A stretch of DNA of 37,105 bases from a virus (taxonomy: Duplodnaviria > Caudoviricetes). Each line of letters starts with the position of its first letter. Position 1 is the first letter of the stretch. Of this stretch, positions 17,227-25,458 are shown one piece after another. Both the position numbers and the translations under genes were made by a program. The notes beneath the pieces are model-generated. The model had not been told where the DNA came from and searched no databases. It saw only the letters and a program-made list of their open reading frames with translations. The stretch covers positions 1-37,105 of IMG/VR virus record IMGVR_UViG_3300036846_001604; one strand, 5' to 3'.

Positions 17227-18736
17227 GGTAAATCCCCATCACCTTCGCGAGAAAACGGACCTTTGCCAGCCGTTCGACCAGCTCGTCGCCGTTCATCTGT
17301 GGGTAAAGCGAGGCCAGTTTACCCATGATATCGGTTGGGGTGGCACCGCTGCGCACCATCTCAAACACCGGAGCCAGCAGCGGGGCCATCACTTCATCGT
17401 TCATCAGCGTGTCGCTGACGGAGCTGAGGGCATCATCCAGCTTATCCCGGACATCGGAATCCGCTTTTGCCGCCGCTTCCGCAAACCCCAGCGACGACTG
17501 ACCAGTGAGCGGCATCTGCCCCCACGGCGATGATGGCGGCACCAGTACCTGCGGGTTAAGATCGCCGGGCTGAAGGCCGTACTCGCGCTCGTAATACTGC
17601 GGGGTGAAGAAGCCGCGCGTCTGGCTTAGTGTCTGGTCGCGCTTCGCCTGGGTGTCGTCAATGGTCTCCTGTTCCCACAGGTTCCAGACCGGCACCGGCA
17701 CATCGCCGAAGTTCAGCTCCGCCGCCCAGCGCAGTACCTGATTGATGGCCCCCGTCACGATGGCGGCGTCACCGTCGCGAATATCATCCGTGACCTCAAG
17801 CCCCGCCTGCGCCGAGGCTTTATTGGTCTCGGCCTCGGTGGTCTGGTTCTGCCCCAGCAGGGCGATGGTGATTTCAGCGCGGGCCATGGTGATCATCGAC
17901 TGATAAATATCGCTGGATGCCCCCTTGCTGCCCGGCTCCAGAATTTCAACCGATGAATCATTCGGGATGACGGCGATCGCGTCCTGAACCATGACCTCCA
18001 GTTTGCTCATCAGCTCATTAATCGGGGACGCATTCTGCCCGGTGGCATGTTTGGCCACCACCCACGGCGTGCCGTATTTCTCAACAAAAGTCATCCAGAA
18101 CCGCCAGCCATGCTTTTTAAAAAGTGCAGGCCAGAAGCACATCGACAGGTCCGGGAAACCATAAGGATTATCATAAGTGGCATCCTGTGCCGGACAGACA
18201 AACTTATAGTCAGGCGGCAGGATACCCTCAGCCGGGCCATTATTCCCGCGAAAGCGTAACTGGTTATCCGTGTCAAAGTGGAACCACTCAGGCGGTTTGG
18301 TGACGATATTACTGACAACAAAGCGGCCACCGTCCTTTGCCCACATCAGTTCGGCGGGCTGATAGCCATAAAGTGGCGCATCCAGAAGCCCGCCGATAAT
18401 GGCGTCCATATTCCACGAGGCCATCATGTCTTTTAAGAACTCACAGACCGGCGTGTCGGTGTCGCCCTCATTGAACCCGCGCTCCAGCGCCTTGACCGCC
18501 GACTTGCGACGACGAATGGCGCTGCCGACAACCGAATCGGAGCGCATGTCACGGTAGGCGCGAATATCCATTCCCGCCGCTTTCAGTATCGGGTCGGGGT
18601 TGGGCAGCATGCCAAAGAACGAACCAAAGCCCCAGACAGTGTTACCGCGCGAGGCAATCTCATCTGTCAGTCGGCGCTTGTCGCGCTCGGCAAAGCTGAC
18701 GAACTGCGTCGGTGAGACGTAAATACCCTTGGTCAT
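17210..18736 (-). CDS. Portal protein (Mu gp29 / DUF935)
   Basis: LPNPDPIL, NPYG, FVEKYGTP, ALLGQNQTT; follows terminase. Confidence 0.93.
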   Translation of the reverse strand: MTKGIYVSPTQFVSFAERDKRRLTDEIASRGNTVWGFGSFFGMLPNPDPILKAAGMDIRAYRDMRSDSVVGSAIRRRKSAVKALERGFNEGDTDTPVCEFLKDMMASWNMDAIIGGLLDAPLYGYQPAELMWAKDGGRFVVSNIVTKPPEWFHFDTDNQLRFRGNNGPAEGILPPDYKFVCPAQDATYDNPYGFPDLSMCFWPALFKKHGWRFWMTFVEKYGTPWVVAKHATGQNASPINELMSKLEVMVQDAIAVIPNDSSVEILEPGSKGASSDIYQSMITMARAEITIALLGQNQTTEAETNKASAQAGLEVTDDIRDGDAAIVTGAINQVLRWAAELNFGDVPVPVWNLWEQETIDDTQAKRDQTLSQTRGFFTPQYYEREYGLQPGDLNPQVLVPPSSPWGQMPLTGQSSLGFAEAAAKADSDVRDKLDDALSSVSDTLMNDEVMAPLLAPVFEMVRSGATPTDIMGKLASLYPQMNGDELVERLAKVRFLAKVMGIYHAHSR

Positions 18737-20343
18737 CAGTACCCCCTCAGAATGCCGGGCATACGGCGACGCCCGGTGGAATGCACGACCGGGTCGTATG
18801 TCATGTTAAGAGAAGCATGCCAGGCCAGACAGCCCGCCATGGCTGAGTCACCGTGGCGAACCAGATCCGGCTCCTTTAAGTCCTTACGCTCCAGCGGTGA
18901 AATCATCTGCACACCATCAACACTTTCAACGGCGCGTAAATCCTGCGCAATGTTCTCATCCCTCGGGATATCAATCGTGCCTTCCTCAAAGGACTGGGTG
19001 AATTTGGGCATCCAGACGCCGTACCATTTGCGGTTAAGCGTGACCTCCGCGATACGCGGACGACCAAAGCGATCGGCGGTGTACTCAGCCAGCACCATAC
19101 CGGGGCCGGTGGCATCCATCGAACCACCGGAAAAGCGCGGCAGGTGCTCAATAAACCAGAACAGAATTTGTTGTTGCATGGCAGAGGGTACGTTGTTCAG
19201 CTCAATGGCGAACGGTACTTCACGCCTCAGCGTCTGCGTGATGGCCATCGGCCAGATAGCAGAAAAGTGACGGTGGCGGGCAAAGTCCATTCCAAAGACG
19301 TGACGCAGCTGCGCGTCCAGTGTACTTTCCATCACCGGCGCAAGAGACTGACTAATCCAGTCATCGCACCATGACTTACGCTCCTCTTCAGGCATATGGA
19401 TAAAATCATCATCCAGGGTGAGGCGCAGAACGGGACGCTCGCGGGTCATGGCTTGCTCAATCCATACGCCCGGAATACACACCCCGTTACCGTCACGTGG
19501 TATGGCGTCCAGCTCTTCACGCATCGCGGCAAGACGCGGACCATAGGCGTTACGGATTTTGGTGTACCAGGCCTTTTTACCTTCCGGCGTGGGTGCCAGG
19601 CCCTTCATGGCGCTGACGCGCTCATACAGGCCGTTGGCCACGGCATCATCAAACGTCACGGTAAACACAGCGGCATTATCCCCGTATCGCCCGGCCTCAA
19701 TATCCTTACAGAACTGATTGAAGGGATTACTTTTACCGTTATGGGAACTGATAACCACAATGCGACCACCCCAGATAAGCAGCGCCGTGGCCGCATCCAG
19801 CACGCCCTGAACATCGGCATGGAAGGCGGCTTCATCAATGATAACCACACCCTGTAACCCACGGATGTTGGCAGGTCGCGAGGAGAGTGCAGCCACCTGA
19901 AAACCACTGCTGTAACGGACGCGATAGGCGTTAATGAACCGGGTGTTACCGTTCTCGTCCTGATCTTCAAACAGAAACTCCTCGATCGAGGAGATTTCCT
20001 GCGACTGCTGTTCGGCGATGACGCGGGAGAACTTCGCTGCGTAGCCGATAAACTCCAGACCTTTCTCTTTGGTGTCGCCAATGTAGTAGACGTTGTCGCC
20101 CCCGGCACTTTTGCTGGCGGCGGCAATCAGCACGGAGTTCAGTCCCCATGTAAACGTAATACCGGTACGACGACCTTTAGGAATGGCAAGAATATCCACA
20201 TCAAACGCCAGGCATTCGCGCTGGTGTTTCATCAGCACGCCATCACCAAACGGATCAAAGTTGTCGGGGATTTCGCGTACGCTCGCGGGCAGGTCTTCCC
20301 AGTCCAGCGTGCGCAGCGTGGAGGCTAAGGGTTTCATGGCCAT
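18736..20343 (-). CDS. Terminase large subunit (Mu gp28-like)
   Basis: KGRRTGIT Walker A variant, VIIDEAAFH Walker B, GMDFAR, DATGPG, HGDSA nuclease motifs. Confidence 0.95.
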   Translation of the reverse strand: MAMKPLASTLRTLDWEDLPASVREIPDNFDPFGDGVLMKHQRECLAFDVDILAIPKGRRTGITFTWGLNSVLIAAASKSAGGDNVYYIGDTKEKGLEFIGYAAKFSRVIAEQQSQEISSIEEFLFEDQDENGNTRFINAYRVRYSSGFQVAALSSRPANIRGLQGVVIIDEAAFHADVQGVLDAATALLIWGGRIVVISSHNGKSNPFNQFCKDIEAGRYGDNAAVFTVTFDDAVANGLYERVSAMKGLAPTPEGKKAWYTKIRNAYGPRLAAMREELDAIPRDGNGVCIPGVWIEQAMTRERPVLRLTLDDDFIHMPEEERKSWCDDWISQSLAPVMESTLDAQLRHVFGMDFARHRHFSAIWPMAITQTLRREVPFAIELNNVPSAMQQQILFWFIEHLPRFSGGSMDATGPGMVLAEYTADRFGRPRIAEVTLNRKWYGVWMPKFTQSFEEGTIDIPRDENIAQDLRAVESVDGVQMISPLERKDLKEPDLVRHGDSAMAGCLAWHASLNMTYDPVVHSTGRRRMPGILRGY

Positions 20344-20909
20344 CAGTTCACTCCCAGTACGCGTTTACGCCAGAAGTCCACGCTCTCTTTATCCATGCCC
20401 CGCTCGCGGGCCACGGCTTTGAGGTTTTCCTGTTGTTCACGTAACAGCGCCTCACGGGCTTCTTTTTGCCACTCCGCTTGGTATTTTTTCAGGTTAATGG
20501 ATGCGCGGGTCAGCGTGGCGATGTTTTTGGACACGGTTGCCATCAGCTTTGCACGGGCGCTGCTTTCTTTTGGATCGTCACCATCCAGTTCTTTAAGGCG
20601 CATCAGGATGTCGATCATCTCGGTCTGGATGAGTGCTACCAGACCACCGGAACGGTCGTCACCATCATCAGACGCCTCGCGGGCCATCAGTCGCGCCGCC
20701 TCGGTGGCCGCACGTACGCGCGCCAGCTGCTGTTCCATTTTGTAGCCAAAGCGCTGCAGGCTGGAGCGGGTGATCACAAACCCTTTATCCTTCAGCAGGG
20801 CTTCGAGTTCGGCATAGCCGGTGAAGTTGCGCTCGGTCAGCGCGCGCTCCAGCCAGCGCCTGACGTCCTGCGGCAGCACATCAAGTGAACTTTTGCGTCC
20901 CATAATCAT
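20343..20909 (-). CDS. Terminase small subunit-like (Mu gp27 / DUF3486)
   Basis: MGRKSSLDVLP, ITRSSLQRFG; immediately upstream of TerL. Confidence 0.88.
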   Translation of the reverse strand: MIMGRKSSLDVLPQDVRRWLERALTERNFTGYAELEALLKDKGFVITRSSLQRFGYKMEQQLARVRAATEAARLMAREASDDGDDRSGGLVALIQTEMIDILMRLKELDGDDPKESSARAKLMATVSKNIATLTRASINLKKYQAEWQKEAREALLREQQENLKAVARERGMDKESVDFWRKRVLGVN

Positions 20910-21217
20910 TCACTCCAGTATTTGTCCGGTCGGGCGATACCCGGATCACAGGGAATGGTGTACTCCACAAGGTCAATGCCGACACGGGTCAGGTCGGCAA
21001 ACCACATGCCGCTGGGCTGCTTTGTGATTTCAATCAGACGCCGGTCGCTCAGGTAATCCAGCTCCTGACGCACCTCAAGTTTTGTGGCATCCTGGTAAAT
21101 GGAACGGGCAATATCAAACAGCAACTGCTCACTGGTGGTGTACGGGCGCGACTTGTTGAGCGCAACCAGCAGGCTCCAGCGCAGGGACTCGCGGCGAACG
21201 CGGATAATATCAGTCAT
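20906..21217 (-). CDS. Mu gp26-like winged-helix protein
   Basis: RRESLRW.LL..L, ELDYL.DR.L, LTR.G.D.VE, PGIARP. Confidence 0.8.
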   Translation of the reverse strand: MTDIIRVRRESLRWSLLVALNKSRPYTTSEQLLFDIARSIYQDATKLEVRQELDYLSDRRLIEITKQPSGMWFADLTRVGIDLVEYTIPCDPGIARPDKYWSE

Positions 21218-21218
21218 G

Positions 21219-21542
21219 TTAACCTCTCAGATTTTGTTGGTGCTGAACGTTGCCGAGCTTCTCGTAGACGGCATCGAGCTTGGCTTCAATCACCGTCTGC
21301 CCGCGTATGTAATCCTCGCGACGAACGTAGTCGACAGGCAGCTTCGCCTTAAACTCCAGAAACTCACGCTCCAGGTCATTCCAGCGCAGCGCCGTTTCTT
21401 TCATGGTTGCTTCAAGCGAGGCGAAGCGTGCCGCCTGACGGTCTTCCGCCTTGCTGAACAACCACTTCGCCATCCCACCCACAAAGCTGAGAAAGGTGAT
21501 AAGAAAGCCCACCACCGTCCAGAACTCCACCTGTAACGTCAT
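21219..21542 (-). CDS. Mu gp25-like protein with N-terminal TM and coiled coil
   Basis: N-terminal hydrophobic helix, LPVDYVRREDY motif; between lysis and packaging genes. Confidence 0.7.
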   Translation of the reverse strand: MTLQVEFWTVVGFLITFLSFVGGMAKWLFSKAEDRQAARFASLEATMKETALRWNDLEREFLEFKAKLPVDYVRREDYIRGQTVIEAKLDAVYEKLGNVQHQQNLRG

Positions 21543-22180
21543 TGATGTAATCCTTCTGTGTAATCCAGCAGACCGTTCACCTGCTCACGCCAGACGCGGC
21601 ACTGGCGGGCATTGTCGGTAACGTTGGCGAGGACGTCGGCCTGACTGACGCCTGAGTCGCGTAACCGGGTGAGAGCGGTGTCAGTGGCTCCGGTCGCATT
21701 GCCAGCGCTGGCGGAACGGGCGGCAGCGGACACTCCACCGTCACCGGCGCTGACTCCGAGAGCGGCGTTGTACTGCTGCACGAAACCGCGAGTAAACACA
21801 CACTTAACGGGATGGCTTTTGCCAGACTCATCCACCCAGTGACGGGTGACGTCCGCAATCTGTTTTTTAAGGTCAGCATTCTCACGCTCCAGCTGCTGTT
21901 TTTTTGCCTGAAAATCCGCGTCCGCCTGATGAGCGGCAGCGACCTGATCGTTATAGCGACCAATGATGGCCATCAGCGTTTTATTCTGCTGTTCGGCACT
22001 CCTGAGCTTGTACGTATCAAACTGCGACTGCAGTTGTGCCAGCGCTTTATCACCGTCACGCTGCGCATCAAGATGCCCGCTGCCGTACCCCTTAACCCAC
22101 GCCCAGCCGAGAACCAGAACTGCAACCAGCAGAAACAGCAAATCACCCCACGGAATACGCTTCAGCCATTTACCCCACAC
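21539..22180 (-). CDS. Inner-membrane spanin (Rz-like)
   Basis: Start moved to GTG 22180 (SD GGAGG); N-terminal TM then long coiled coil; follows endolysin; contains embedded lipoprotein ORF. Confidence 0.8.
   Translation of the reverse strand: MWGKWLKRIPWGDLLFLLVAVLVLGWAWVKGYGSGHLDAQRDGDKALAQLQSQFDTYKLRSAEQQNKTLMAIIGRYNDQVAAAHQADADFQAKKQQLERENADLKKQIADVTRHWVDESGKSHPVKCVFTRGFVQQYNAALGVSAGDGGVSAAARSASAGNATGATDTALTRLRDSGVSQADVLANVTDNARQCRVWREQVNGLLDYTEGLHQ
21577..21831 (-). CDS. Outer-membrane lipoprotein spanin (Rz1-like), embedded in the +1 frame of Rz
   Basis: MSLAKAIPLSVCLLAVSC signal/lipobox-like, then Pro-rich CPLPPVPPALAMRPEPL; 84 aa. Confidence 0.78.
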   Translation of the reverse strand: MSLAKAIPLSVCLLAVSCSSTTPLSESAPVTVECPLPPVPPALAMRPEPLTPLSPGYATQASVRPTSSPTLPTMPASAASGVSR

Positions 22181-22904
22181 AATTTGACCCTCCCCATGAC
22201 AGGTAGCGCGGGGCAAGCGTATACAGAATGCGCTGCGGGTAGTGGCGGTTCTCCCGCCAGTTAGCCGCGCTGCGCCCGGCATTCACCGTTTCCACCGCGC
22301 CGAACCAGCGCGCATCATCCAGCCCGCGCGTTCGCGCCAGCCTGCGGTCACGATTCACCCAGCCTAAGCCCCCGTTATAAGCTGACAGCGTCATCGCCAT
22401 ACGTTCGCAACTGTCAGGAACGGCCACGCGCTGCCACAGCCAGCGGTCATAGCTGACCAGCGCCCGGATGGCCCAGCCGGGGTTATACGGTTCACGCGCG
22501 GCCAGATGCGGCATCAGCCCGGCAATCCAGTCAGCGGTCGACGGCATAAACTGCGCCAGCCCCTGCGCACCGACCGGCGAACGGGCAGCCGGATTCCAGC
22601 CGGACTCCTGATGCAACTGCGCGGCGAAGTCGGCGACCGGCGCATTCAGCCCCCAGTCCACGCGGGCAGAACGGATCACATCACTGCGGTATTTGAGGGC
22701 TGCGGTCGGTGGTTCAGCGGCGTTCGCCTGCGAGAAGAACCCACCACACCAGAGCAACCAGGCGGTAATCAGACTGGCAATCAGGCTTGACAGAAAACCG
22801 ATAAACCCGTCTTTTTTCCTGGAACTACCAGCCAGTGACATACCGAGACCCATCAGGGCCAGCGCACACCAGACAATTTGCGGCCAGTGAAAAATCATCG
22901 TCAT
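22170..22904 (-). CDS. Endolysin, SLT-family lytic transglycosylase with N-terminal membrane segments
   Basis: QES catalytic Glu, GAQGLAQFMP.TA, SAYNGG, ENRHY; start moved to ATG 22904 (ATGA overlap with holin stop). Confidence 0.92.
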   Translation of the reverse strand: MTMIFHWPQIVWCALALMGLGMSLAGSSRKKDGFIGFLSSLIASLITAWLLWCGGFFSQANAAEPPTAALKYRSDVIRSARVDWGLNAPVADFAAQLHQESGWNPAARSPVGAQGLAQFMPSTADWIAGLMPHLAAREPYNPGWAIRALVSYDRWLWQRVAVPDSCERMAMTLSAYNGGLGWVNRDRRLARTRGLDDARWFGAVETVNAGRSAANWRENRHYPQRILYTLAPRYLSWGGSNCVG

Positions 22905-23260
22905 AACCCCATTGCCACAGCCAGACACACCGCCGCAACAATGATGGCGCGACGAATCAGGGTGGCCGCAAAGACCAGATGACAACCGACTTCAACCGGG
23001 TAGCGCCCGATATCCATCAATTGCGGAACGTGGCGCTGAAACTGCCCCGGACGGGCTTTGGGGAACAGCGAACGGTCAAGCCAGTACCCCAGCACGGCAG
23101 CGAGAGAAATGAGTGAGAGCTTGTAGATCACCACCGGCAGCTGCTGCGGCGACACCACCGCAATCACCAGAAACATCACGGCAGCAGCCAGCAACCAGCC
23201 CCAGAGGCGTGGGCGTGGTGCAGTGGCAACAAGACGGGAAAATCGTTTGAGTTTTTTCAT
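22901..23260 (-). CDS. Putative holin (2-3 TM)
   Basis: SPQQLPV..YKLSL...AAVLGYWLDRSLFP.ARP, RRAIIV; start moved to ATG 23260 with SD AAGGAG. Confidence 0.85.
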   Translation of the reverse strand: MKKLKRFSRLVATAPRPRLWGWLLAAAVMFLVIAVVSPQQLPVVIYKLSLISLAAVLGYWLDRSLFPKARPGQFQRHVPQLMDIGRYPVEVGCHLVFAATLIRRAIIVAAVCLAVAMGL

Positions 23261-23288
23261 TGAATGCGTCTCCTTGAATGATGGAGAC

Positions 23289-23360
23289 AGCATTGCAAAG
23301 TGGGATTCAAAACGCCTTTAAAGGGCTTTAATAGTGGCGGTAAATACCGGCGTGCAGGAT
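23289..23360. promoter_or_regulatory. Predicted bidirectional late promoter: palindrome 23317-23332 with -10 AATGCT (minus, 23294-23289) and CAGGAT (plus, 23355-23360)
   Basis: Both hexamers lie exactly 22 bp from the palindrome; divergent genes on both sides. Confidence 0.65.
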
Positions 23361-23391
23361 GGAGGGGAACTTATCAGAAGAGGATAACGCA

Positions 23392-23814
23392 ATGACGAAG
23401 ACATTAAACCCCACTATTACTATTACCGTATCAGGCCCGACAGGCTCAGGCAAAAGTCGCGTACTGGCGGCTATTGCGGGCATGCTGAGCCTCACCTGCA
23501 GCAACTGCACTATTGAGACCCCTGACATGGAAGCAGAAATGAAGAAGTACGGGAATAACTACCTTAACTGGCCTAAAGTCCCCAGCAGCACCATTTTTAA
23601 GCTGGAAGAGGTCAACCTGCCAGATAACCACCAGAATAAACCAGCAGGAGAAATCACCCTTGATGACCTGGTGGATCGCCCGGTTCCGGTACATATTCAG
23701 GAACTGATGTGCAAACTCGACATCTCGTTTGAGGAACATCAGGAAACCGACCTGCAGCCAGTGATCGATTTGGTGAACTGGGCGTTACATACCCCTGTTC
23801 ATCCTGCTGACTGA
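23392..23814 (+). CDS. Small hypothetical protein with Walker A P-loop
   Basis: ITITVSGPTGSGKS; SD GAGGA before ATG 23392; 140 aa. Confidence 0.78.
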   Translation: MTKTLNPTITITVSGPTGSGKSRVLAAIAGMLSLTCSNCTIETPDMEAEMKKYGNNYLNWPKVPSSTIFKLEEVNLPDNHQNKPAGEITLDDLVDRPVPVHIQELMCKLDISFEEHQETDLQPVIDLVNWALHTPVHPAD

Positions 23815-23820
23815 ATCGCC

Positions 23821-23981
23821 GGAAAAGAGCGACCTGCCGGGAGGTGCCTAAACCACCGACAGGCCATCAACCCACAGCCATTACCTGTGAGTCAACCGAG
23901 GCTCTTCCGTTCCCGCGAGAACAGAATGAGCCTATGCCATGCTGGCATTGTTTTTCAACTATTGAAAAAGGCTTACAGTAT
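23821..23981 (+). ncRNA. Candidate structured cis-regulatory RNA leader of the methyltransferase
   Basis: Multiple stems found by hand, with mutually exclusive pairings around the SD (see findings). Confidence 0.55.
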
Positions 23982-24752
23982 ATGAAAGAACAATCACTCC
24001 CGATCGTACCGTGGATTGGTGGAAAACGCCGTCTTGCCAGGCACATCCTGCCGCTATTCCCAAAACACACCTGCTACGTGGAACCGTTCTGCGGCGCAGC
24101 GGCATTGTATTTTCTCAAGGACGCCAGCAAGGTTGAAGTCATTAACGACGTTAACGGCGAACTGGTGAACCTTTATCGCGTGGTTAAACACCATCTGGAA
24201 GAGTTTGTGCGCCAGTTTAAATGGGCGCTGGTCAGCCGCCAGATCTACAAGTGGCTTCAGATAACGCCAGAAGAGACACTGACCGATATTCAGCGTGCCG
24301 CGCGGTTCTACTACCTGCAAAAGCAGGCATTCGGCGGCAAGGTTGCGGATCACACCTTTGGCACATCCACCACCAGCACCCCACGATTCAACCTGTTGCG
24401 CATTGAGGAAGAACTGTCACTAGCGCATCTGCGGCTGGCACGTACCATCATTGAGCATATGGACTGGGAGCGATGCGTTGAGCGCTATGACCGCCCGCAT
24501 ACGCTGTTTTACTGCGACCCGCCGTACTGGGGAACGGAAGGCTACGGCGTGGATTTTCCACTCGTGGAATATGAGCGCATGGCGCAACTGGCCACCAGCA
24601 TACAGGGGAAAGTGATCATCTCAGTGAACGACATCCCTGAAATGCGTAAAGCCTTTGCGGGACTGGAGATGCAGTCGGTAGGTATCAAGTACAACCTGCA
24701 GACAACGGGGAAGGCTAAGCCAAAGCGAGAACTGATAATCAGAAATTTTTAG
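23982..24752 (+). CDS. DNA adenine N6 methyltransferase (Dam/D12 class)
   Basis: PWIGGK, YVEPFCGAA (motif I), INDVN, FYCDPPY (motif IV); start moved to ATG 23982; target sequence unknown. Confidence 0.95.
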   Translation: MKEQSLPIVPWIGGKRRLARHILPLFPKHTCYVEPFCGAAALYFLKDASKVEVINDVNGELVNLYRVVKHHLEEFVRQFKWALVSRQIYKWLQITPEETLTDIQRAARFYYLQKQAFGGKVADHTFGTSTTSTPRFNLLRIEEELSLAHLRLARTIIEHMDWERCVERYDRPHTLFYCDPPYWGTEGYGVDFPLVEYERMAQLATSIQGKVIISVNDIPEMRKAFAGLEMQSVGIKYNLQTTGKAKPKRELIIRNF

Positions 24753-24794
24753 TAATAGAGCTATAAATAACTACAACTCACTCTCACTTATACA

Positions 24795-25103
24795 TCAATG
24801 AAAAAGCCATTTAGCCACAGCCAGGCCAATTGTTAAAGCAGCAAAAATAGACGCTGAAATCCATTTGGTTTGGCTGTTCATTTCCTTACGTATATCACCA
24901 ACTTCTTTATGCAGAGACACTTCCGTTGCGCCCGTACTGCGAATAACGGCGATATCAGTTTTAATCTGAGCAACATCCTCTTCCAGTTTTTGAATTCGCC
25001 TATTCATACCATCACCCCCATCCCCTCCACCTGATTCCTCAGTATGGATTCTTAACTCAGGTTGATCAATAGATTCACGATTCATCTGAAAAATATTAGA
25101 CAT
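24795..25103 (-). CDS. Coiled-coil protein with C-terminal TM helix (accessory)
   Basis: GGGDGGDG linker, RIQKLEEDVAQIKTDI heptads, KWISASIFAALTIGLAVAKWLF TM; start ATG 25103 overlaps upstream stop; AT-rich. Confidence 0.75.
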   Translation of the reverse strand: MSNIFQMNRESIDQPELRIHTEESGGGDGGDGMNRRIQKLEEDVAQIKTDIAVIRSTGATEVSLHKEVGDIRKEMNSQTKWISASIFAALTIGLAVAKWLFH

Positions 25104-25458
25104 CCTCACCTTCCTTACGTGCAAGGTCTTGAGATTTACGTTGTTCGTCAATTAACACCCTAATGCGCCGATAAGAAAAAAGCATCATGTAAGCACAGGT
25201 AGTACATGTCACGCGAAAAACAGGCAACCCTCCAGGCGCGGCAAGAGGAACACCATTGTCAATTACTGCATAATTGAGTGATTCAATAATATTAATGCGA
25301 CCAAACGGCTCCCCAGCATCAAGATCCCTAACCTCTCCCTGTACCTCCCATGATTGATTGTGGCATATCGGACATGTAGGGCTACCCTCAAACCGCTCAA
25401 TGAAATCTATAAATTCTTCTGTGGTTACTGAAGCTGGCTTAACATGAATCTCCTGCAC
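25096..25458 (-). CDS. Zinc-ribbon accessory protein
   Basis: CPIC...CTTC; SD GGAGG before GTG 25458; AT-rich. Confidence 0.75.
   Translation of the reverse strand: MQEIHVKPASVTTEEFIDFIERFEGSPTCPICHNQSWEVQGEVRDLDAGEPFGRINIIESLNYAVIDNGVPLAAPGGLPVFRVTCTTCAYMMLFSYRRIRVLIDEQRKSQDLARKEGEDV

Noticed and set aside
197-22890. Many plus-strand ORFs in the track overlapping late genes (e.g. 3576..4373, 16004..16699, 18752..19270)
   Set aside because: Antisense shadows of well-supported minus-strand genes; no SD or family motifs. Only 8893..9159 is kept.
22181-23293. Long N-terminal extensions given in the track for Rz (22282), endolysin (22985) and holin (23293)
   Set aside because: Downstream starts have SDs or stop/start coupling; ATG 23293 lies within the predicted -10 box.
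23844-23981. 46-codon N-terminal extension of the methylase
   Set aside because: Methylase motifs begin at PWIGGK just after ATG 23982; GTG 23844 has no properly spaced SD; region is stem-rich. Not fully excluded.
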